DNA of 64,000 bases from an uncultured Clostridia bacterium (GTDB lineage: Bacteria; Bacillota; Clostridia; TANB77; CAG-508). The stretch is from assembly GCA_934133005.1 (NCBI GenBank), contig CAKPAI010000001.1:298769-362768 (forward strand), written 5' to 3'. The translations under genes were made by a program, and so were the position numbers. Below the pieces are notes generated by a model that saw nothing but the letters and a program-made list of their open reading frames with translations, was not told where the DNA came from and did not search any database. Positions 56,570-64,000 of the stretch are shown here, in pieces. Position 1 is the stretch's first letter. Each line of letters opens with the position of its first letter.

Positions 56570-59500
56570 TTATTCCTCTCTTTCCTTTATCATCTCAAAA
56601 ATAGCTTCTTTATTTAGATTATTTACGAACCTATAACTACTTTTAGGATTTTGATTATCAAATCTGCAGATTGATCTATATTTACAATATTCACATGGTG
56701 TAGATTTAGTCTTACTATTATAAGCTGGCCTAATTTCAATATTTCCACTAAGTAAATTTTCCGAAATTTGCTTAATTACTTTATCAGTATATTTTTGTAA
56801 ATACTCAAACTGTTCTTTTGTTATACAACTGCCACTAGACTGTTTATTTAATTCTCCAGCACTAGTAATTCCTACAGGAATAATTTTACTTACTCCTTTG
56901 GGTTCATTTTCTATGTTCCTATCCATTTTTCTTATTATATTTACATCAGCTAAGATAAGTCCTTTCATTTTAAATTCTTGTCTTATTTTTTCTTTTATTT
57001 CTTCTTCTGAAAGCATCTTATCCGAACTGAATTTTTTATCAAGCAACGAAAAATATAATACACCTGCTGGTAGAAAATCTTCTACTTTGCATGTTTCGTT
57101 TAAATATGTAATAAGTTGAAGCTGAAGCCCTGCTATTACTTTATTTAGATCCATACTATGAATTGAAGATTTATAATCTATTATTCTTACATAATTTCCA
57201 TCTGGTTGTTTTAATATGTCAACTCTATCTATTTTACCAACAATTTCCACAGTTTTTCCACTATCTGTTTTAATTGTAATAGGCCTATATTTGCCTTTAC
57301 TCCCAAACTCTACTTCATGTCCAAATACTTCAAAATCACTTTGTTTTATTGTCTGAATAATATATTTTATAGACACTTTTATTACTCTTTTTAATCTATT
57401 CGTGAGCATTCTATATTTAGCCGTATATTTGAAAATGTAATTTTTATTAAGTGTTAATTTTTCTTCTATAATTTCATTTAAAATTTGTTCTACTTCTTCA
57501 TCAGAAAGTTCTTTAATACTTAGTTTTTTCTCTTCAATATCTGCGAAAAATGTGTCTATTACATCATGCATAAAAGTTCCTGTATCAACACTTTCTACTT
57601 TTAAAGTTTCTTTATCATTTAGTTTTAAACCATATTTTAAATAGTATGAAAATGGACAATTTGCATAGCTTTCCAATTTAGATACACTTGTTTTTAGAAA
57701 ACTACCATATAATTTTTCTATATTTTCTTTATTTAGCCATTCAGACTTACTTACGTAATTTAAAGCTTTTATTGCCTCTGCTAGCCTATCTTTCCATTTT
57801 TCTTCTTGACTGTATAAACTATATACACTAAACCAAATCTCGTCAATTTCTTTTCCATCCCTAAAGTTTCTTAAATTTACTAGTAATTCTTCAAATATAT
57901 TCTCTTCTGTTACAAGCTTTGATTTTCTATTTATAATGTCACTTTCTTCTATGATGTTTGGAAAAATCTTCTTTATTCTTGCAATTAAAATTGACGGTCT
58001 TAATCCTTTGCTCTCCATATCAGATGAAGAATATGATAAAAACATTTTATTTTCAGCTGTTGTAAATGCTTTGTATATATTAAAATTATCCTCATAAATT
58101 CTTTCAATTGTTCCTTTGGCAAGTTCTATACCATTTTCTTTTATTATATCTCTATCCTTATCATTTAAAAATCCTTCTGCTTTATTTATTGATGGAAACA
58201 TTCCATCATTTAGTCCAATTATAAATATAGCTTTTACTTTGTGACTTCTAGATCTATCTACATCTCCCACAATCACTTGATCTTGTGCCATTGGTATAGT
58301 TCCTAGTTTGCTTTCTCTTAATCCAGTTTTTAAAATTTGCATATAATTCTCAAATGATATTTTTTCATCTCCAAATACCAATACTATTTCATCTAACACC
58401 TGCATAATAATTTTCCAGCTTGTCTCATACTCTGCTGAAAGATTTACTTTTTCTTCATCATTTAGTTTTTTAATTTTTTCTTCAAGCATTTTGTCAATTT
58501 TATTATTTATAAAATATTTATACAATTCTTCTGAAATTTGTTTTGCAGTTTTATTTCCTGATAAATTTTCCTTTAATTTTACTAAAGGTTCTGAAATTAG
58601 CTTTCTTATCTCATTTAATTTTTTTACTTCTTCTTCTCCAATTTCATCACTATCTTTAAAGTTCCAGTCCTCTTTATACCATTTACTGCCTTTAATTTCC
58701 CACTTCAAAGAATAATTTTCAAGTCTGTATATCTCTTCATTGGAGATATTGTTAAATCCAGATTTTATGTAATTTATTACACTATCATATGACCAATTTT
58801 TTGCAAATACTTCTAATATTGCTATCAAATATTTTACTAATACATTTTGACTTAAATCTCTTTTTTCATCTATATATACTGGAATTTCATATTTATTAAA
58901 TATTGCCTTGCATAAGTTTGAATATGAATCTATGTTTTTAGTTATAACAGCAATATCTCTATATCGATATCCTTCATTTTTGACAAGATTAACAATTTCT
59001 TGTGCAACTTCTTCAATTTCTGAATATTGATTATTAGCTAAAAATAGCCTAATATTCTCTATTTTTTCAGAATACTTTCTATATGGATAATTATATAAGT
59101 TTTTTTCCATATGACTAAGTTCTTCATTTTTATATCTATAAGTTTTTTCTAGAAAAATAGGCTCCTCTATTTTTACATTAATACTCTTAGCAAGTTTCAT
59201 AAGTTTTGATGCAGTTTCTTTATTGCTATAAAAAATGTCATTTACTGCATTTTTATCAAACTCTAAACTATCTGAACTTATATTTATTGTTACTTTTTCT
59301 GCCTTTTGTAACAACTTTTCAATTATCATATACTCTTGTTTCGTAAAACCTACAAATTCATCTATATATATTTCTGTATTATCAAATATATCAGTTTTGT
59401 CAAGCTCTTCATATAGAATCGAAAGAGAATCATTTTCATCTATATAATTATTTTTAATCTTTTCTTGAAATTTGCTATAGACAGTATATACATCCTCTAA

Positions 59501-59959
59501 TTTACTTTTTAAATATTTATCTTCTATATTTTCTTTTAAGTTTTGTAATCCTTCAACAGATACTCCATGTTTTTTAAGTTCTGTTATCTGCGTTAAAACC
59601 ATATCAATATTATTGCTATTTTTTCCTAACAATTTTAGATTATTGTTCTTATCAGAAAGCAAACTATACACAAGCATAGCCTTTCCACAATTTGATAGAA
59701 TAGTTTTATTTACACCACCAACTTCACTTGCAACTCTATGTGCCATACGAGCAAGAGTAAGCACTTCTGCATTTATAACTGCCATACTTGCTTGATTTTT
59801 TTTTATATTATCTAATAGCTCTTTTTCTGCCGAAAATGAAAATTGTTCTGGAGTTATTATATATTTCTTTCTACCATTATTTATATTTTTGCTTAGTTCA
59901 TCAAATATGTAGCTGGTCTTTCCTGTACCACTTCTACCATATATTATCCTCATACTCAT
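56570..59959 (-). CDS. addB: ATP-dependent helicase/deoxyribonuclease subunit B (AddB/RexB)
   Basis: N-terminal IIYGRSGTGKTSYIF. 1129 aa. C-terminal Fe-S staple CEYCKYRSICRFD. Confidence 0.85.
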   Translation of the reverse strand: MSMRIIYGRSGTGKTSYIFDELSKNINNGRKKYIITPEQFSFSAEKELLDNIKKNQASMAVINAEVLTLARMAHRVASEVGGVNKTILSNCGKAMLVYSLLSDKNNNLKLLGKNSNNIDMVLTQITELKKHGVSVEGLQNLKENIEDKYLKSKLEDVYTVYSKFQEKIKNNYIDENDSLSILYEELDKTDIFDNTEIYIDEFVGFTKQEYMIIEKLLQKAEKVTINISSDSLEFDKNAVNDIFYSNKETASKLMKLAKSINVKIEEPIFLEKTYRYKNEELSHMEKNLYNYPYRKYSEKIENIRLFLANNQYSEIEEVAQEIVNLVKNEGYRYRDIAVITKNIDSYSNLCKAIFNKYEIPVYIDEKRDLSQNVLVKYLIAILEVFAKNWSYDSVINYIKSGFNNISNEEIYRLENYSLKWEIKGSKWYKEDWNFKDSDEIGEEEVKKLNEIRKLISEPLVKLKENLSGNKTAKQISEELYKYFINNKIDKMLEEKIKKLNDEEKVNLSAEYETSWKIIMQVLDEIVLVFGDEKISFENYMQILKTGLRESKLGTIPMAQDQVIVGDVDRSRSHKVKAIFIIGLNDGMFPSINKAEGFLNDKDRDIIKENGIELAKGTIERIYEDNFNIYKAFTTAENKMFLSYSSSDMESKGLRPSILIARIKKIFPNIIEESDIINRKSKLVTEENIFEELLVNLRNFRDGKEIDEIWFSVYSLYSQEEKWKDRLAEAIKALNYVSKSEWLNKENIEKLYGSFLKTSVSKLESYANCPFSYYLKYGLKLNDKETLKVESVDTGTFMHDVIDTFFADIEEKKLSIKELSDEEVEQILNEIIEEKLTLNKNYIFKYTAKYRMLTNRLKRVIKVSIKYIIQTIKQSDFEVFGHEVEFGSKGKYRPITIKTDSGKTVEIVGKIDRVDILKQPDGNYVRIIDYKSSIHSMDLNKVIAGLQLQLITYLNETCKVEDFLPAGVLYFSLLDKKFSSDKMLSEEEIKEKIRQEFKMKGLILADVNIIRKMDRNIENEPKGVSKIIPVGITSAGELNKQSSGSCITKEQFEYLQKYTDKVIKQISENLLSGNIEIRPAYNSKTKSTPCEYCKYRSICRFDNQNPKSSYRFVNNLNKEAIFEMIKEREE

Positions 59960-60843
59960 ATATTATTTTCTCTCTTCCAATAAAACAAATACTGCTGTGC
60001 TATTCCTTCTAATTCTCCAAATTTTTCTACTGCAATTTTTTCTATTTGTGCTTTACTTACTTTCTTTTCATCTTCATTATGAATATATAAATCATTCATT
60101 ACTCGTCTTACCCATACATCAATAGGAAAAACATCAAATCTCTTTAATGAAGAAAATAACAATATGCAGTCTGCAACTTTAGGACCAACACCACACAAAG
60201 TAAGTAATTTTTCTCTTACTTTTTTAGTATTCTTTTCACTTTGTAGTTCTTCTAATGTTACAATTTTGTTATTTATCATTAATGTTGTTTCATATATATA
60301 TTTATCTCTAAAACCTGCACCCAAATCTCTAAAATCTTGCTTAGAAGCTTTCGAAAGCTCCTCTACTGTTGGAAAAGTATAAAATTCTTTTCCTCTAAAC
60401 TCTATTTTATGACCATATTTAGCTGAAATTCTATCTATTATTCCTTTTATTCTAGGAATATTATTATTTGCAGAAATAATAAATGATATTATCATCTCCC
60501 ACAAATCTTGATTTAAGATTCTTATTCCTCCGCCATATTTAATAGCTTCTTTCAAATTTTCATCAACATTTGAAAGATTTCTTTTAATTTCTTCATAATT
60601 TCTATCTAAGTCAAAATAGTTTTTGCAAACTTCTTCTATATTGCCATCACATATTCCCTCAAATACTATATCTTCTCCACTTTCTTTTACATTTAATACA
60701 TTTCTTCCAAATATTCCTGTATAACTTCCATCATTTTCTTCATTCCATCTAAAACATTGACCACAGTCAAATATGTCCTTTACTTTGAAAGATTTACAAT
60801 TTTTTAGTATATATTTTTGTTCCATTTTTTCTCCATTTATCAA
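59956..60843 (-). CDS. ogg: 8-oxoguanine DNA glycosylase / DNA-(apurinic) lyase (HhH-GPD family)
   Basis: LCGVGPKVADCILLFS ... FPIDVWVRRVM helix-hairpin-helix GPD region with catalytic K. Confidence 0.75.
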   Translation of the reverse strand: MINGEKMEQKYILKNCKSFKVKDIFDCGQCFRWNEENDGSYTGIFGRNVLNVKESGEDIVFEGICDGNIEEVCKNYFDLDRNYEEIKRNLSNVDENLKEAIKYGGGIRILNQDLWEMIISFIISANNNIPRIKGIIDRISAKYGHKIEFRGKEFYTFPTVEELSKASKQDFRDLGAGFRDKYIYETTLMINNKIVTLEELQSEKNTKKVREKLLTLCGVGPKVADCILLFSSLKRFDVFPIDVWVRRVMNDLYIHNEDEKKVSKAQIEKIAVEKFGELEGIAQQYLFYWKRENNI

Positions 60844-60961
60844 TATTATTTGACTATTATTAAATCATTTTTTTCTTATTTTTTCAATATATATTAGTAC
60901 TTTCTTTGGGTAAGTTATCTGCATTTTATGACAGCTTTTTCTTCTTTTCTACTTTTTATTT

Positions 60962-61891
60962 CTACTTTCCTATTTCTTCGCTTTTTTTAAACCCTTTTCC
61001 CAAGACTTCTCTTGCATTTATTATAATTATAAAAGCATTTCTATCAATGCTTTTTGCCTCCTTTTGTATAGCATAAGCTTCATTCCTTGAACCAACACAT
61101 AAAAGAGTCAGCTTTTCTTCATTTGTATACATTCCTTTTGAGTATAATCCCGTACTTCCTCTATTTACTTTTTCACTTATCGCTTCTGCTATTTCATTAA
61201 ATTTTGGTGAAATAATAAAAATTGCTTTAGTGAAATTTGCTCCTTCAAATATAATATCTATCATTTTTCCCATTAAATATATTGCAATTGCAGAATATAA
61301 ACCAATCTCAATCGTGTTGAAAACAATAACATTTAATATAATTATTATAACGTCTATTGCTAGAATTAAATTTCCACTTCTATATTGAGGTTTATATATT
61401 CTAATAACGTATGAAAGTAAATCAGACCCACCTGTTGAAGCATTCATCTTTAATATTAGGGCTGTTCCTATTCCAACTAACACTCCTCCATAAATACAAG
61501 CTAAAAACTTATCGTTTGTAAGTGGATTTATTTTATCGAAAATGTCCACAAAAATTGCAAGCAATACAGTTCCAATCACAGACCTAAAAGACAATTCTTT
61601 GCTTATCTTAAAAAATGAAATAATTAATAATGGAATATTTAATAAAAACATTGTTATTCCTAAAGATATATTAAATACATAGTAAAAAATTGTCCCTATA
61701 CCCGAGAAACCACCAGTAGAAAGTTCATTTGGTAATAGAAATAATGATATTCCCATCGCCATAATGATAGTTCCTAAAGCAATTATACTATATTCTTTAG
61801 CTATTTTAGCAATTCTATTTTCCTTAGTTATACAAATTTTTTCTATCTTTTTCCTTATTCTTTGCTTTTTCTTTTCTTTCCTATTTTTCAT
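60962..61891 (-). CDS. YitT-family membrane protein (DUF161 + DUF2179)
   Basis: Multi-TM N-terminal region with GGFSGIG motif and C-terminal soluble DUF2179-like domain. Confidence 0.7.
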   Translation of the reverse strand: MKNRKEKKKQRIRKKIEKICITKENRIAKIAKEYSIIALGTIIMAMGISLFLLPNELSTGGFSGIGTIFYYVFNISLGITMFLLNIPLLIISFFKISKELSFRSVIGTVLLAIFVDIFDKINPLTNDKFLACIYGGVLVGIGTALILKMNASTGGSDLLSYVIRIYKPQYRSGNLILAIDVIIIILNVIVFNTIEIGLYSAIAIYLMGKMIDIIFEGANFTKAIFIISPKFNEIAEAISEKVNRGSTGLYSKGMYTNEEKLTLLCVGSRNEAYAIQKEAKSIDRNAFIIIINAREVLGKGFKKSEEIGK

Positions 61892-62063
61892 AATATCACC
61901 TATTGTAAGTATTATCTTTTTAGCAATTTTTATTCATTTAGTAAAATTAAGCCAAAATTTACTTTAATGTCCAAATTTCTTTTATTAGATTTACAATATT
62001 TTTTTCTACATATATAATAAAAATATATCATGTCTCAAAGACACAAGAAAGGAATTTTTTATT

Positions 62064-62510
62064 ATGAATAAGGATGAAAGAAAACAAAAAATTGCTGAAT
62101 TTAATGAAAATTTGAAAAACTTTGGAGATAAAGTAAAAGACTGTACTGACACTGTTACAATCTCTGGTATGTACGCTAAAGACGCAATTGACGAAAAAAT
62201 TAGTGATGCAAAAAGTGGTCTTGAAGCAGCAAAAGAAAATGTTAGAATCATTTCAGAAAGAGGAAAAGGAAAAATTTCAAGCGTGTTGTTAAAAGCTCAA
62301 ATGGATTTAAATGTTGCTAAAGAAAATATTGCAGAGAAAAAAGATGCTAAAGATAAAGAAAAATTATCTAAATACATTGATGATGAACTAGACTATGCAG
62401 AATCTTCTTTACAACTTGCATTCTTAGCAGCCCAAGAAGCAAAACTTGCATTTTTAGAGGCAGTTGCAGCTCAAGAAGAATATGACGAAAAATACGGTAA
62501 AGACGAATAA
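62064..62510 (+). CDS. Hypothetical coiled-coil protein (148 aa, K/E/A-rich)
   Basis: ORF with RBS aaaggaattttttattATG. No motif. Confidence 0.45.
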   Translation: MNKDERKQKIAEFNENLKNFGDKVKDCTDTVTISGMYAKDAIDEKISDAKSGLEAAKENVRIISERGKGKISSVLLKAQMDLNVAKENIAEKKDAKDKEKLSKYIDDELDYAESSLQLAFLAAQEAKLAFLEAVAAQEEYDEKYGKDE

Positions 62511-62539
62511 TCAAAAAGTAAAAAATATACCAGAAATTT

Positions 62540-63595
62540 TTATTCTGGTATATTTTTATTATATTTTTCTACGATCTTTACTTTTAATTTTCCTGGTCGA
62601 ATATTAGAATTTATTTTGGGCTCTACCACAACTGCATAAGTTTCCTTTAGCTTTTTAATATTTTCCTTTTTATGACCTACAACATTATTTATGTCTTGTG
62701 GATTAACTTCTAATTCTACCTTTATTACATTAGAATTTATTTTCTTTATTTCATGAGCTATTTTAGCATACCATAATGCATCTTCTACAAGTTGCCCAAA
62801 AGCTGGATGGTATGGTCCACTTACAACCTCACTATTTTTATCATTAATTGAAGTTATTGTATCTGTATTTTGAAGTCCTACTCTTATAATTTCGATTTTC
62901 TTTCTTCTATATAATTTTACAATTTCTTTACTTCTTTCTACTGCTTGATTTACTGTCAAAGGTATAAATTCTCCATCATTATATTCCTTTTCAAGTTCAG
63001 TACCTTTTATTACAAGAACTGGATATATTCTAATCATTTTAGGACGTAGTTTTATTGAATCTTTAGCTGTTTGAATATCATCTTTTTCTGTACTTTCTGG
63101 TAGCCCTACCATGATTTGATGTCCTAAATCAAAATGATACTTTCTTATTAGTTTTGAAGCTTTCTTTACATTTTCAAATGAATGTCCTCTCTTACATTTT
63201 TCTAATATGTAATTATTAGTAGACTGCACTCCTAATTCAATTGTCTTTACATTATACCTTTTTAACATTTTTAAAATTTCTTTATTTATTGCATCTGGTC
63301 TAGTAGAGATTCTAATGCTATCTACCTTTTTAGCTTGTATATAAGGCTGAACTGCTCCTAACAATTCCTCTTGCTTTTTTCTATCTATTGCAGTAAAACT
63401 TCCTCCAAAAAAAGCTACCTCAATATTTTTTTCACCATTTTTAAAATTTTTTAAGTAATATTCAATCGTCTTAATTACATCATCTTTAGTTACTTGTTTT
63501 TGTTCTCCACTTATTGTTCTTTGGTTACAAAATGTGCAACACTTTGGACATCCTAGATGTGGCACAAATACTGGAATAATATATCTTTTTTTCAA
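62540..63595 (-). CDS. Radical SAM protein (ELP3-like / TIGR01212-type), conserved neighbour of rnc
   Basis: PVFVPHLGCPKCCTFCNQ Cys cluster at N-terminus. Located directly downstream of rnc as in clostridial genomes. Confidence 0.75.
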   Translation of the reverse strand: MKKRYIIPVFVPHLGCPKCCTFCNQRTISGEQKQVTKDDVIKTIEYYLKNFKNGEKNIEVAFFGGSFTAIDRKKQEELLGAVQPYIQAKKVDSIRISTRPDAINKEILKMLKRYNVKTIELGVQSTNNYILEKCKRGHSFENVKKASKLIRKYHFDLGHQIMVGLPESTEKDDIQTAKDSIKLRPKMIRIYPVLVIKGTELEKEYNDGEFIPLTVNQAVERSKEIVKLYRRKKIEIIRVGLQNTDTITSINDKNSEVVSGPYHPAFGQLVEDALWYAKIAHEIKKINSNVIKVELEVNPQDINNVVGHKKENIKKLKETYAVVVEPKINSNIRPGKLKVKIVEKYNKNIPE

Positions 63596-63630
63596 TATAA
63601 TTTCCTCCTTGCCTCATATATATTACTTTT

Positions 63631-64000
63631 TTATTTTTCTAGTGCTTTTCTTGCAGCTTCCTGTTCTGCTTGTTTTTTTGTTTTTCCTGTACCATTTGCT
63701 AAAACTTTTCCATCAAGTTTTACTTGTGCTACAAATGTTTTATTGTGATCTGGTCCAGACTCTGAAATAATTTCATATTTTATAGATACATTTCCGTGTT
63801 CTTGCAGTTTTTCTTGAAGTATCGTCTTATGGTCTTTTATCCCAACATTTTTAGTAGCTATTTCTATTTCATCTTTTAAATTATTAACGATAAATTTTTC
63901 TGCTTCGTTTAACCCACCATCAAAGTACATTGCAGCAATTATAGCTTCCACGCTATCGGCCATAATTGCAACTTTTCTATTTCCTTGGTGTAATTGCTCA
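63631..64000 (-). CDS. rnc: Ribonuclease III, C-terminal part (dsRBD); 5' end beyond window
   Basis: AIIAAMYFDGG ... dsRNA-binding domain ...KKQAEQEAARKALEK. ORF open to window edge. Confidence 0.85.
   Translation of the reverse strand, partial: EQLHQGNRKVAIMADSVEAIIAAMYFDGGLNEAEKFIVNNLKDEIEIATKNVGIKDHKTILQEKLQEHGNVSIKYEIISESGPDHNKTFVAQVKLDGKVLANGTGKTKKQAEQEAARKALEK

Noticed and set aside
1-64000. CRISPR arrays or rRNA genes
   Set aside because: No regularly spaced direct repeats with unique spacers and no rRNA-like conserved blocks were seen anywhere in the window.

Overview
AT-rich (low-GC Firmicutes/Clostridia-like) chromosomal segment containing two tandem integrative elements of about 37 kb in the middle of the window. 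Most of this insert is encoded on the minus strand.

The outer parts look like core genome. On the left: a partial choloylglycine (bile-salt) hydrolase, an Hsp20 and a small membrane protein. On the right (~38.7-64 kb): def, a Nudix-rich neighbourhood, an OmpR-type two-component system co-transcribed with a RelP/RelQ-like small alarmone synthetase, adhE, leuS, gltD-like, family-4 UDG, ldcA, pgeF, addB, ogg, yitT, an ELP3-like radical-SAM gene and partial rnc.

The two elements share a 13-17 bp core sequence, (GACC)TTCGGGTTATGAG, present at about 1821, 23421 and 38598. The middle copy is embedded in a tRNA-Met(CAT)-like 3' fragment (T-arm, acceptor and CCA). Each element has its own pair of arm-type direct repeats just inside the cores.

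Element 1 (~1.8-23.4 kb) resembles a phage-satellite-like defense island. It encodes a tyrosine integrase, an excisionase-like HTH, a replisome-organizer plus DnaC-like replication module and a stack of defense candidates:
- a 1313-aa T5orf172/GIY-YIG-like, SF2-helicase, gamma-class N6-adenine methyltransferase fusion with a translationally coupled 330-aa partner;
- a type IV Mrr endonuclease;
- a Lamassu-like LmuA(DUF4297-like)/LmuB(SMC-like ATPase) pair;
- an HTH-Fic protein;
- a 926-aa RecD-like helicase with a 500-aa N-terminal domain of unknown function;
- a three-gene operon of a SLATT-like 2TM protein, a SMODS/CD-NTase-like nucleotidyltransferase and a HEPN-like protein with a Cys-rich tail.

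Element 2 (~23.4-38.6 kb) looks like an integrative mobilizable element. It carries a 1242-aa KAP-family NTPase next to the att site, a primase-helicase, MobC plus relaxase with an upstream TGTTACA-repeat oriT candidate, and a second integrase. By the repeat evidence it may also carry a DUF523/Nudix/MBL/Nudix x3 cargo block. A conserved Zn-finger-like protein is present in both elements at an equivalent position.

No CRISPR array, rRNA gene or intact tRNA was seen. All family assignments come from reading motifs in the translations and are inferences without database searches.
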